This document shows positions 30,430-43,776 of a DNA stretch of 64,000 nucleotides, one piece after another. The stretch comes from Eledone cirrhosa (Eukaryota). The stretch is from the NCBI GenBank assembly GCA_964016885.1, contig OZ024766.1:2046001-2110000 (forward strand), in the 5' to 3' direction. Position 1 is the first letter of the stretch. Each line of letters opens with the position of its first letter. The position numbers were made by a program, and so were the translations under genes. The notes under the pieces were generated by a model, which worked only from the letters and a program-made list of their open reading frames with translations, was not told the DNA's origin and ran no database searches.

Positions 30430-31380
30430 TTCACTCAGCGTAGAAATGAGATGATAGGGACTGGGGTCCATATCATTCCACAGCAAAGTGGTCGTAGAGG
30501 TGCCACGGTAAAAAAGCACCCAGCACTCACTGTAAAGTGGACGTAGAGGTGCCACGGTAAAAAAGCACCCAGCACTCACTGTAAAGTGGACGTAGAGGTG
30601 CCACGGTAAAAAAGCACCCACCACTCACTGTAAAGTGGTCGTGGAGGTGCCACGGCAAAAAAGCACCCAGCACTCACTGTAAAGTGGACGTAGAGGTGCC
30701 ACGGCAAAAAAGCACCCAGCACTCACTGTAAAGTGGACGTGGAGGTGCCACGGCAAAAAAGCACCCAGCCCACATTGTAAAGTGGTCGTGGAGGTGCCAC
30801 GGCAAAAAAGCACCCAGCACTCACTGTAAAGTGGTCGTGGAGGTGCCACGGCAAAAATGCACCCAGCACTCACTGTAAAGTGGACGTGGAGGGGCAACGG
30901 CAAAAAAGCACCCAGCACTCACTGTAAAGTGGACGTAGAGGTGCCACGGCAAAAAAGCATCCAGCACTCACTGTAAAGTGGACGTGGAGGTGCCACGGCA
31001 AAAAAGCACCCAGCCCACATTGTAAAGTGGTCGTGGAGGTGCCACGGCAAAAAAGCACCCAGCACTCACTGTAAAGTGGTCGTGGAGGTGCCACGGCAAA
31101 AATGCACCCAGCACTCACTGTAAAGTGGACGTGGAGGTGCCACGGCAAAAAAGCACCCAGCCCACATTGTAAAGTGGTCGTGGAGGTGCCACGGCAAAAA
31201 TGCACCCAGCACTCACTGTAAAGTGGTCGTGGAGGTGCCACGGCAAAAATGCACCCAGCACTCACTGTAAATGAGGTTGGTGTTAGGAAGGGCATCCAGC
31301 TGTAGAAATCAAGCCAGAATCAGTTCCCGTCCCACCCTTGCAAGCAGGGAAAAGCGGACGTAAAATGATGATGATGATGA
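30430..31380 (+). mobile_element. SINE family 1, headless, with internal 49-bp array (~16 units)
   Basis: Unit CAGCACTCACTGTAAAGTGGWCGTGGAGGTGCCACGGCAAAAAAGCACC; intact RTE tail. Confidence 0.88.
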
Positions 31381-31394
31381 AATATATATATATA

Positions 31395-31810
31395 TGGAGG
31401 AGGTTATAGTTCACTTGAAGCATTGTGTAATGAGGTATAAACGTTTGAATATGTGTAATAAGGCCAAAACAATGCAGGTATGGACAAAGAAAAAAGAATG
31501 CAATAGTAAAAGATATTGTTGAGAATTTGTCTTTCACCTTGAATTTATTTAAATGTCCTTAATTTTCGAGATAATATCTCTTCTTCGGAGGGAAGTAAAG
31601 GTCTCAAACTGGATTGGCTAGAGATTTAAGACGCTGGTTTGAGACCTTTACTTCCCTCCGAAGAAGAGATATTATCTCGAAAATTAAGGACATTTAAATA
31701 AATTCAAGGTGAAAGACAAATTCTCAACAATATCTTTTACTATTGCATTCTTTTTTCTATGTCCATACCTGCATTGTTTTGGCCTTATTACACATATTCA
31801 AACGTTTATA
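31395..31810. mobile_element. Family E fold-back element (~175-bp inverted arms) with an HHR motif in each arm
   Basis: Arms 31436-31610 and 31637-31810; HHR CCT-CCGAAGA-A-GAGAT att ATCTC-GAA AATT A-AGG at 31655-31689 (+) and 31557-31591 (-); homologous to PLE termini at 60759-60976 and 62277-62447. Confidence 0.82.
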
Positions 31811-31830
31811 TATATATATATATATATTAT

Positions 31831-32033
31831 AAAGTGAGGTTTTTTTTTACAAAATGAAAAATAACCGAGGTGTCCTACACGAGTGGAAGTATAAGAAAAG
31901 AAGATGAAATCGAAAATGGAACTGGAGTCTTTTTTTTTTTAAATATATATTTATTTGGTTCCTTTAACGGTTTCGCAGTTCTTCTGCTTTTCAAAAGTAG
32001 AATTGAGATGGAGGGTCTGTGGTTTTTCTCACA
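31831..32033 (-). mobile_element. Family G element, second copy (HHR motif 31961-31998, partly mutated)
   Basis: Homologous to 13229-13443. Confidence 0.7.
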
Positions 32034-32089
32034 CACATATATATCTATATCTATATATATATATGATATCTATATATATATATATGATA

Positions 32090-32210
32090 GTGAAGGCGTG
32101 TGGCTGAGTGGTTAGAGAACTGGATTCGCAATCGTGAGGTCGTGAGTTCGATTCCTGGACCAGTCGATGCGTTATGTCCTTGAGCAAGACACTTTATTTC
32201 ACGTTGCTCC
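32090..32210 (+). mobile_element. tRNA-derived SINE head related to family 1
   Basis: TGGCTGAGTGG A box, GAGTTCGATTCC B box, GTCCTTGAGCAAGACACTT. Confidence 0.75.
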
Positions 32211-32585
32211 TTCTACCTGGAGTTGCGACCGATAGATAGTATTAGCAATTGGAAAGACCAACGGAAACATTGTTTCCTCGGTCCGATTTGACGAAAGTCG
32301 ATCGTTAGGAATATATATAAATTTTAGTACAGCATTAACGAAGCTTTAGAACACGGCCAAGTTAACGAATGCAGAATCGGTCTGTAGCTTTAGCACTCAG
32401 ATGGGGAAAAGAACCCCAGAGTAATAACAATACGTTCAGACAGCTTAGCAAATCAGATATAGCGGTCGGCAGTCCAGCCGCATCACTAGAGCAACGAAAA
32501 TACAGGACCCAGGAAAAGATTTTATACTGACCCGGATAGAATATAAATATATATAAATATATATAAATATATATAAATATATATA

Positions 32586-33106
32586 AATATAAGAAAAATG
32601 GAGTGCTGCGTGGTTGCACATAGGTTACATATGAATAAAATTAGTCCTTCATCAGTGATCTTCCAACCTTCATTGGTATTTCATCGCTTTAAAATTCATA
32701 TTCCTTTGGTTGGTGCGAGCAATAACTAAATAAAGTTATTGGGACAAGTAAAATAGGGTGAAGCTAGCGAGACATGTAAACAAACAAAGATGGTATTGCA
32801 ACGGAAAGATAGGAAGAGACAAGCTTAAGCTTGGTGAAATCATGGACGAGAGATACAGACCATCCGACCTGGGTGAGATGTGAGCGAGAAAAGGATTTCA
32901 CACAGGTCAAACGGGAGGAAGTGAGAGAGGGGGAGAAGCAGATAGTGAGGGAGTGGGAGTGTGAGGAAGAGGCCAGCCAGGAGAGAGAGTGTGACTGGCA
33001 GAGGGGGTGAAAAGAAGGAGAGAGATACAGAGAGAGGGGAAGCAGTAAGAAAGAAACAGACAGGTCGAAGCTGAGGAAAAAATATAAATATAAGAAAAAT
33101 GGAGTG
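32586..33106 (-). mobile_element. Family H element bounded by a ~20-bp direct repeat
   Basis: AATATAAGAAAAATGGAGTG at 32586 and ~33087; partial HHR-like CTGATGAAGGAC at 32644-32655. Confidence 0.5.
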
Positions 33107-33142
<36 letters not shown>

Positions 33143-34304
33143 TGAGCTCATTAAATTACAGGGGTTAAAGTGAGTTTTTTACTCTAGTTGCTTCATTTGA
33201 TATGAATATATATATATATATCAGTGAGATTTTGGTTATCATGTTGAGCTCTGCTGATGATCGAATCCAACCGTGACCATCCCCACTGAAAGTTTTGTGA
33301 AATAGTCTTTTCAAGACTATACAGAGCATTTGTAGTTTTTCCAAATTGAAGGATGAGTATTTAAACTTTATTTTATTCAGAGTTAAGTCTTCATTGATTT
33401 TTCCATGGATTTCACTAAATTCTGTTGAATGAAATCTATTTCTTGATTTATTTTTGATTGAGTTTGAATTATTTTCCCACATTTTACGTTAATTATTTTC
33501 CCATTTTGACGTTAGAGTCACTTATATGTTGTGGAATACTGTTGGCTTCTTGTTCATAATAGTTTATATATTTTCATATATATTTATATGTATGTATGTG
33601 TGTGTGTGCGTGTATGTATGTGCGTGTGTGTGCGTGTGCGTGTGAGATAAGTTCTGAATAAAGAACACACCTTGCTTCATTCATTTAATTTGTGTGAATG
33701 AATATGAAATTTGATCTACTACTACTACTACTACCACTACTACTACTACTACTACTACTATTAACGCCACCACTACAACCACCACCACCACCACTACTAT
33801 TACTACTATTAACGCCACCACCACCACTACCACTAGCACGACCAGCACCACTACCACCACCACCACCACCACTACCACCACCACCAGTACCACTACCACC
33901 ACACCACCATCACTACCACTTCCACCATTACCACCACCACCACCACCACCACTACCACCACCACCACCACCACCAGGAAGGTGTGCCAGTTACCCTATAG
34001 GCTACTTATAGCAGCCAAATCTCCCTCAATGGTTCACAAGACATGACCTTGACTATATTAGATATAGCCACCTTATAAAATGGACTCCTAGATACACCAG
34101 ACAGGATGGGCATAACTGGAACACCTTTTGTTTAGAGATCTGTTGACACAATTAATTCAATATCTTAAAAGTGTTACACCTTTATACAGGTGAGACTGGA
34201 ATGTTTTGGGAAGGTATTATTGCTAGTCGATTCCCCCCCCCCCCCCCACACACACACACACCCACACCCACACACAGATCATCATCATCATCATCATCAT
34301 CGTT

Positions 34305-34428
34305 AAGCTGGAGCAATGTGAAATAAAGTGTCTTGCTCAAGGAAACAACACATCACCCGGTCTGAGAATTGAACTCACAACCTTTTGATTGCAAGGTCAA
34401 TGCTCTAACCACTAAGCCATGTGCCTCC
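34305..34428 (-). mobile_element. SINE family 1 head fragment
   Basis: Sequence similarity to other copies. Confidence 0.85.
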
Positions 34429-34442
34429 TATATATATATATA

Positions 34443-34790
34443 TCATCATCATCATCGTTTAACGTCCATCTTCCACGCTAGCATGGGTTTGGACGGGAGT
34501 TGTCCCACTTGAGGCAAGAGTGGTTGTCCTGCTCGCATAGGACTGTCTGGCGGGTTTTCTACGGCTGGATGCCCTTCCCAACACCAACCACGTTTACAGT
34601 GTGGAACTGGGAGGGTTTTACCGTGTTACCTACACGGCCACATTACAGCGTGGACTGTGTGTTTTTTTTGTCGTGACACCTACACGACCTCATTTGTTTA
34701 GGACTGGATGTTGTGGTACCAACATAACTTTACATTGAAAGAAGTGGTGTGGATGGGGTGGGAGTAGTGGGACGGGGGTCTATTTTTGTT
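34443..34790 (-). mobile_element. Family 2 RTE-tailed element
   Basis: Homologous to 26757-27036. Confidence 0.8.
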
Positions 34791-35348
34791 AGAGGTGCCT
34801 ACTGATATATATAAATATAAATTCAGCGAGAATCGTATTTCAGCTGGTAGAAAAAGCGAAACGAAATGCAAAATCGTAGAAATGCTGGCAAGCGCTCCAA
34901 TAGTTAAGAAAACCAGAGCTAAACAATATGTTAAAACGCCATACAAACTGAAAAAGTGGTCAAGAAGGCATTAACCACCTAAGCCAAAAAACAAATCAAG
35001 CTAAACAGGTCAAACAAAATAAATGATAAAAACAGACCTGGACCCATTGGAATTGATGGTAAAACCCAAATGCAGGGTTTCTATGACACCTAAATCAATA
35101 ATACTGTCTGCTTAAAACTATGAGCTTTTAGCATAAAGATCGAACAAGGAATATCACGTTATCAACAGGTAATTCTGCTCTGTAACCAACTTTGTGAGTG
35201 ACGCAGAACTTTGTAAAAGCACATGTGTAAGTCACAGGGGAAAAAAAACCCAGATTTTGGCAAATGAATTCAGTATGTGTATATCATACAAAAAATTGCA
35301 TAGATAGCACAAATCGAATAAGCACTCAACCGGTGTATATATATACAT

Positions 35349-35757
35349 GGAGGCACATGGCTTAGTGGTTAGAGCATTGGCCTTGCAATCGAAAGGTTGT
35401 GAGTTCAATTATCAGACCGGGTGATGTGTTGTTTCCTTGAGCAAGACACTTTATTTCACATTGCTCCAGTTTACTCAGCTGTAGAAATGAGATGATAGGG
35501 ACTGGGGTCCCTATCCTTCCACTGCAAAGTGGTCGTGGAGGTGCCACGGCAAAAAAAAAGCACCCAGCCCACACTGTAAAGTGGTCATGTAGGTGTCACA
35601 ACAATTAGTACCCAGTACACACTGTAAAGTGGTCATGTAGGTGTCACAACAAAAAACACCCATCCACACTGTAAAATGGTCATGCAGGTGTCACAACAAA
35701 AAGCACCCAGTCCACACTGTAAAGTGGTCATGTAGGTGTCACAACAAAAAGCACCCA
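35349..35757 (+). mobile_element. SINE family 1 head plus ~48-bp array
   Basis: Sequence similarity to other copies. Confidence 0.85.
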
Positions 35758-35759
35758 GA

Positions 35760-36165
35760 GAGATGACCCCTTAGCCTTTGTCAAGGCAGAATTCTAGGAG
35801 AAGGAAAACTCTGAGATAACACCTGCAACCCTGATGGTATCCAATGATGTTGACTTGTTCTTCTTTTTGGTAAATATCATCTTGGTTAAGAGAGTGGGAC
35901 TGGCTTTGTGCAGTGCCTTTGCTCACTATAAAAGCTTCACGGCACAGGCATTGCTTTATATCTGGAGATCTCTCTGCACTTGTCGTCACAAGGTACCATG
36001 GGCCCAGCACTATGTGTCAATAAATGTCACAAGTGTAGTGTTTGTACCAGAGTTTTCAAGTCGCTGGCTGGACTAAAAAGTCACACTCGTTGAGCCCATC
36101 GGTAGGGGTTCTCCTACATGGATATAAAGTAGTGGCCGTACTCGAAAACGAGTTGGCAGCCACCA
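35760..36165 (+). mobile_element. Probable bipartite (internally deleted) RTE-derived element
   Basis: RTE 5'-region-like CTAGGAGAAGGAAAACTCTGA (35794-35814); C2H2-like HKCSVCTRVFKSLAGLKSHTR*AH (36028-36099); 3' hairpin CTCGAAAACGAG. Confidence 0.55.
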
Positions 36166-36369
36166 TGTATAAATGTGAATTGTCAAAGGGTGGGGAGATT
36201 AACAAGTATTTCTACTTGTAAAATACTCTTTGCCCTCAACACATTGAATAGAATTTAAATATTTGAAGTAGTGTATAGAAGTGTATACAGTACACACAAG
36301 TACATCATATATATATATATATACATACATATATGTATATATATATATATTTGTATATATATATATATT

Positions 36370-36422
<53 letters not shown>

Positions 36423-36506
36423 ATATGTATATATATATATATATGTTTATATATGTTCAGAGCAAAGTAGAAACTTTACAAGTAACTTCACACTACACTC
36501 CCTGGA

Positions 36507-36635
<129 letters not shown>

Positions 36636-36804
36636 ATATATATATATGGGTGTGTGTGTTGTATAATATATCATGTTACTGACTATCATCTTACTGTGAC
36701 TTGCATAAGCTGTACTGATGAGATAGAAAGATACTGAAACACCTGTCACTAGGATACTTAACTTTAACCGTTTCCTGATTCATATTTCTAATGAAAGAGA
36801 CTCT

Positions 36805-37105
36805 CATCATCAGCAACATTTTACATCTGGTTTTCCAATCTAGCATGGGTTGGACGTGTCCTTCTCATTACAGCATCTCTGTACTCGCTGTGTTCCTTTG
36901 TCATCTCCTCTGTCATTCTCAGCAATTTGGGATCAGCTCCCACAACCCCTGACTAAGTCATCCTTAGGTCTTCCTCTACTGCAGCTTCCTTCCATTGCGA
37001 TTTCCTGGCGTTTCTTCGCCCAGTTATTATCCTCATTACGCATGTCGAAACCAGGGCAGTCTTCTCTTCTGCACACTACATCTGACTCTTCTTATACCCA
37101 GTTTT
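36805..37105 (-). pseudogene. Degenerate RTE 3' end
   Basis: Minus strand resembles RRGRP..TW and the CCAACCCATGCTAG...(GAT)n tail. Confidence 0.65.
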
Positions 37106-37109
37106 TCTT

Positions 37110-38230
37110 TCACCATAGCCACTGTAGAGAGGAAAAGCGCCTCTCTTTCGTTTTCGAAAGAGGCTGGCAGTTTGATCCTTACTAAGGACCCGGCAGTCAA
37201 CTGGATTTGTCCCATACGCGACAGCAGTTGTAGATAAATAGATAGATTTCTTTATTAGCCACAAGGGCGCACAAGAAAAGGGGACAAAACAAAGACATGC
37301 CGGGGATTTTACATACAGCAGTTGTAGATAGATAGATAGATAGATAGATAGGCAGATATGTTTCTTTATTAGCCACAGAGGCACAAAAGAAGGGGACAAA
37401 TACAAAGGGGGAAATTTACATACAATAAAAACGTCTAAAATACTATCACAAATGCAATTTAAAAATCAATCGATTTTCCCCAATAGGAAGAGGGGGGGGG
37501 GCATTACATATGGGTAACACATGCCCCCGAAAAAAATGTACAACCCTCATCTCCAGGGGTAGAAAGAGTGAGTACCCCTTTCCTCTCTTCCTTTTTTGCC
37601 TCAACCTACAGGCCTATATAGAGAGAAGGCCCATTCACTGGGGGCACCCTCGCCACTTTCACCCACCTTTCATAAAACTATCTGGGGTACAGCACCCCTC
37701 TCTCCACCCCGACTCTGGTATTTGATATAAAAAAGAACCAGTTGTTGGCCGGAGAGAAAGGTGTCTGACCTCAGCCCTTTCAACCTCGTCCACCATACAA
37801 CCCCTTTCGCCATAGCTCTCACACAAAGGAAAACCGCCTCTACTTCGTTTTTGAAGGGCGGGTGACGGTTTGGTCATGACAATGGACTCGGTGGTCAACC
37901 GGATTGGTCCCACCCGCGACAATAGTCGTTCTACATAGCCCCACAGGTCGGTGAGGCCTGGGCATGTGTATGAATGCGTGCGCGATGGTTTCCTCGTCGC
38001 GCACGCATCTTGGACAGATCTTTTTCGAAGGGTCCCTACCCGGGCGCCCGTGTCTGTAGAGCTTGTCTCGAACTGGTAGAGCTCCTCGGTAGCACTGCCA
38101 GACCAGGGACTTTTGGAAGTTGTCCATTGGTCCCGGGCGGAAGGTCCTACCGAACAGGCTGGCCAGTTCGTCCTCCTCTACGCCTAGAGTTTCTCCGAGC
38201 ATGTCGTCGCACTTGCTGCGGTATTTGGGA
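37110..38230 (-). mobile_element. Cluster of Tx1/L1-clade LINE 3' fragments (ORF2 C-terminal zf-RVT-like domain plus 3' UTR) in (GATA)n
   Basis: FQKSLVWQCYRGALPVRDKLYRHG...ICPRCVRDEETIAHAFIH, frameshifted continuation LSRVGPIRLTTESIV; 3' ends GGCTAATAAAGAAA plus (TCTA)n. Confidence 0.82.
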
Positions 38231-38446
38231 TAGAGAGAGCGAGAGGTGGAGAGAGATAGAGGCATGGTGGTGAGAGGAATAGAGGGGGAGGAGATGACAA
38301 AGAGATCAAGGTTGGTCTCTTCAGTACAGCAGGTGTACCACAGAAAATAGGTGACAGGTGTTTGTGGTGTTGTTGTTGTTGTTGGTGTTGACAGTTGTGC
38401 TGTTGATGTAGTTGTTGTTATATATATATGTGTGTGTGTGTGTGTC

Positions 38447-38545
<99 letters not shown>

Positions 38546-38621
38546 ACATATACATATATATATATATATGTGTATATGTATATATGTGTATATGTATGTA
38601 TGTATATATATATGTATATAT

Positions 38622-38815
38622 AACAAAGGAACCAGGTGGACCATAACGCACCAAAGTACTCAATACTTAGGGTAGTAGAGTGGGTAATAGGAACGAGTAG
38701 GACCCCGACGGCTGAGCTCAAGCCGTTTCGACGGCTAATTCGGGACTAAAATTTTAGTCCAGAATTAGCCGTCGAAACGGCTTGAGCTCAGCCGTCGGGG
38801 TCCTACTCGTTCCTA
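38622..38815. mobile_element. Family B fold-back element
   Basis: Arms turn at GGACTAAA-A-TTTTAGTCC. Confidence 0.8.
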
Positions 38816-38840
38816 TATATATATATATATATATATATAT

Positions 38841-39190
38841 CATCATCATCATCATTTCATCATTTCATTTTACGCCCGCTTTTCCCTGCTTGCAAGGGTG
38901 GGACGGGAACTGATCCTGGCTTGATCTCTACAGTTGGATGCCCTTTCTAACACCAACCTCATTTACAGTGAGTGCTGGGTGCTTTTTTGTCGTGGTGCCT
39001 CCACGACTTCTTTACAGTGGTATGATAGGGACCCCAGTCCCTATCATCTCATTTCTACAGCTGAGTAAACTGGAGCAATGTGAAATAAAGTGTCTTGCTC
39101 AAGGAAACAACACATCACCTTGTCTGAGAATTGAATTCAAAACCTTTCGATTGCAAGGCCAATGCTCTAACCACTAAGCCATATGCCTCC
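38841..39190 (-). mobile_element. SINE family 1, full length
   Basis: Head to (GAT)n tail. Confidence 0.9.
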
Positions 39191-39210
39191 ATATATATAT
39201 ATTTATATAT

Positions 39211-39248
<38 letters not shown>

Positions 39249-39324
39249 GCATATATTTATGTGTTAGTGGAGAGAGAGAGAGAGATAAATTAAAAAAAAG
39301 TTATGTCAGCTGTGACACAGGTGA

Positions 39325-39748
39325 CAGGTGTTGTGACACCTACATGACCACTTTACAGTGTGAACTGGGTGTCTTTTGTTGTGACACCTACATGACCACT
39401 TTACAGTGTGGACTGGGTGTCTTTTGTTGTGACACCTACATGACCACTTTACAGTGTGGACTGGGTGTCTTTTGTTGTGACACCTACATGACCACTTTAC
39501 AGTGTGGACTGGGTACCTTTTTACCATGTCTCCTACAGCTTCAGCTTGTACCCATGGGGAGGTCGGGTCTTCTTTATTACTGCGTGACGCCAGAGGTCTC
39601 GGTCCAGTGTCATCGCCTTTGAGAGGTGCAATTGGGTAAGGTCAGCTTTTATCACCTCATCCCAGGTCTTCTTGGGTCTCCCCACTCCAAGGCTTCCATC
39701 GACTTCTAGTGCTCTGCACCTTTTTAGGTACCTGTCATCCTTCATATG
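39325..39748 (-). mobile_element. RTE 3' ORF fragment plus 48-bp array
   Basis: [37 protein letters not shown]...DRDLWRHAV. Confidence 0.8.
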
Positions 39749-39786
39749 ATATATATATACACACACATACATATATATATATATAT

Positions 39787-39834
<48 letters not shown>

Positions 39835-39930
39835 TTATATATATATATATATATACACACACATACATATATATATATACACACATACATATATATATAT
39901 ATATATACACACATACATATATATATATAT

Positions 39931-40003
<73 letters not shown>

Positions 40004-40072
40004 TATATATATATATACACACACATATTTATATATACATATATATACATATATATACATATATATATAGAT

Positions 40073-40181
40073 AACGAAGGAAGTGTGATAAGGAACCAGG
40101 TGGACCATAACGCACCAGAGTACTCAAAATAACCGTCGGAACGGCTTGAGCTCTGCCGTCGGGGTCTTGAACATTTTCCTA
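40073..40181. mobile_element. Family B element, internally deleted
   Basis: Both termini present. Confidence 0.7.
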
Positions 40182-40206
40182 TATATATATATACACATAT
40201 ATATAT

Positions 40207-40281
<75 letters not shown>

Positions 40282-40420
40282 GAAAGAGAAGGGGAGGGGG
40301 AGATGAAGCAGGTGAAATAGAGAGGGGGGGGGGTGCACACTAATAAGTGAACCCTGTCAGGTGTTAAAAGAATGTCTCACCTTTTGTCATCACAGAAGCC
40401 ATGTCATTGTGATGTAAGCC

Positions 40421-41260
40421 ACACACACACTCTCTCCTTCATACACACACACACACTCTCTCTCCTTCATACACACACACACACTCTCTCTCTCCTTCAT
40501 ACATACACACACACTCTCTCCTTCATACACACTCTCTCTCTCCTTCATACACACACACACTCTCTCTCCTTCATACACACACACACACTCTCTCTCCTTC
40601 ATACATACACACACACTCTCTCCTTCATACACACACACTCTCCTTCACACACACTCTCTCTCTCCTTCATACATACACACACACACACACACACTCTCTC
40701 CTTCATACACACACACACTCTCTCCTTCATACACACACACACACACTCTTCTTCATACACACACACACTCTCTCCTTCACACACACACACACTCTCTCTC
40801 CTTCATACATACACACACACACTCTCCTTCACACACACACACACTCTCTCCTTCATACACACACACACACTCTCTCTCCTTCACACACACACACACACAC
40901 ACACTCTCTCCTTCACACACACACACACACTCTCTCTCTCCTTCATACACACACACACACACTCTCTCTCTCCTTCATACACACACACACACACTCTCTC
41001 TCTCCTTCATACACACACACACTCTCTCTCTCCTTCATACACACACACACACACACACTCCTTCACACACACCTCCATATACTTATATATATCTTTCCTT
41101 CTTTTCTACCTCTACTCTCTCTCTAGCTACCTCTCTACCTACCTATTTCTCTCTCTCTACCTCACTATCTACCTCTCCCCCTCTCTCTACCTACCTACCC
41201 CTCTCTCTACCTACCCCTCTCCCTACCTCTCTCTACCCACCACCCCCTCTCTACCACCAC
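40421..41260. repeat. (CT)n-CCTTCAT-(AC)n minisatellite followed by a CT-rich tract
   Basis: Direct inspection. Confidence 0.9.
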
Positions 41261-41355
41261 ACACCTGTCAGTCTACAGACATCAGAATATATAAACAGAT
41301 ATACAATGGACAGGTGTAATGAAGTGTCTACACACACATATATATATATATATAT

Positions 41356-41394
<39 letters not shown>

Positions 41395-41487
41395 TATATA
41401 TATATATAAACATAAACATATATATATATATATATAAGGGCGGTGCCCCAGCATGGCCTCAGCCGGATGGCTGAAACAGGTAAAAGA

Positions 41488-41533
<46 letters not shown>

Positions 41534-41538
41534 CTGTC

Positions 41539-41608
<70 letters not shown>

Positions 41609-41630
41609 GCATATATATATATACACACGC

Positions 41631-41663
<33 letters not shown>

Positions 41664-41840
41664 TATATATATATACTCACACACACACATATATATATAT
41701 ACTCACATATATATATATATACACACACACATATATATATATACACACACATATATATATATATATATACACATATATATATATATACACACACACGTAT
41801 ATATATATATATACACACATATATATATATATATACACAC

Positions 41841-41935
<95 letters not shown>

Positions 41936-42030
41936 TATATATATATACACACCCATTAATACAGTGACATATAAAGAAAAAAAAATCTTTTGAATTCCTA
42001 TTAAGATGGAATTGTACACACACCACATGA

Positions 42031-42087
<57 letters not shown>

Positions 42088-42131
42088 TATACACACAGAC
42101 ACACTTATATACATATATAAGTATATATATA

Positions 42132-42177
<46 letters not shown>

Positions 42178-42307
42178 CATACACATATATATATATACAT
42201 GTATATATATATATATGTGTGTGTGAGTGTGTATATTTATATATGTGTGTGTATATATATATATATATATGTTTATATATATATGTGTGTGTGTATATAT
42301 ATATGTT

Positions 42308-42464
<157 letters not shown>

Positions 42465-42834
42465 CTGCCATAGACTGGCCACCCCAGCACCACATCTCTC
42501 ACACAATAAAAGACATGTCCAACACACCACTTAGCTTTAATGACTGACCTCTCACTGACCCCTAACTGACCTCTACAATATATTTTATGGTCACTAAACC
42601 TTTTTTTTTAGGGGGGGGGGAACTTTCATAAATACTCTTGTTTTTGTCAGGTTAAATGTAAATAACATTGGTGGGGGGGGGTAGAGATGGTGGTGGTGGT
42701 GGGAGGGGGTAGTGGTGGTAGTAGTAGTAGTAGTGGTGGTAGTAGTAGTGGTAGTAGTAGTGGTGGTAGTAGTAGTAGTAGTAGTGGTAGTGGTAGTAGT
42801 AGTAGTGGTAGTGGTAGTGGTGGTAGTAGTAGTG

Positions 42835-42869
<35 letters not shown>

Positions 42870-43564
42870 GGTAGTAGTAGTGGTAGTAGTAGTAGTGGTA
42901 GTAGTAGTAGTGGTAGTAGTAGTAGTAGTAGTAGTAGCAGTAGTGGTGGTAGTAGTAGTAGTGGTAGTAGTGGTAGTAGTAGTAGTGGTGGGATCTCACT
43001 ACTAACGGGGTAGAAAGAGGAGAGCAGGGATTGCCCCCCCCCCGGGGACAGAATAGAGAAGTCCCTTCCCCAGGTGATTGTGGAGCTGGGTGAGTAGAGT
43101 GGTGGCCACCAGAGGTCTCCACTGCAAATTCTTGTTGCTATGGGAGACAAACATAACATACCTATAGGTCTGTAGCTGGGGCGGGGGAGAGGGGGGGACT
43201 GCCACTTGTGGGGAGTGGTTAGGGTGTCTGTTAGGTCACCACCACCACCACAACCACCACCACCACCACCACCACCACCTCCACCACCACCATCATCACC
43301 ACACCATCATCACCACCACCACCACCATCACCACACCATCATCACCACCACCACCACTACCCCCCCAATCGCCATCCCCCCCTGACCCCCCCATCGCCAT
43401 CATCACCACCACCAACACTACACCACCACCACACCATCACCACCACCACCACCACCACCACCATTACCACCGCCACTACCCCCCCCCCATCACTACCACC
43501 ACTACTCCCCCCTGACCACCACCACCATCACCACACACATATATAAATAAATATATATATTATA

Positions 43565-43735
43565 TATGTTTTGTATCTTTAACCGTTGGTCAGTCAATGA
43601 TAAACATTGATTGCCAAATAAATTAACTGTGGAGATATAAAAGATACAGAAGTGAAAACCAACCAAACACTGAGTGTGTTCTGTTGTTATTTCTGGCAAT
43701 ATTATAACAATATGACCCTCCCCAAGTTTAACAAT
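43565..43735 (+). mobile_element. Family I single-arm copy
   Basis: Matches the arms of 11797-12105. Confidence 0.75.
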
Positions 43736-43776
43736 ATATATATATATAGTGTAGGTGTATATATATATATATATAT

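Noticed and set aside
32090-32165. Possible tRNA gene (and other SINE heads)
   Set aside because: A and B boxes are present but there is no proper acceptor stem, and the sequence continues into a SINE body
33248-33327. CTGATGA...GAAA with flanking GCTCTG/CAGAGC, hammerhead-like
   Set aside because: No stem II can be formed and two extra bases sit at the cleavage site; single copy. Worth including in a descriptor search but not supported here
36712-36752. CTGATGA-gatagaaagatact-GAAAC-acct-GTC
   Set aside because: Core spacing fits but stems I and II do not pair convincingly
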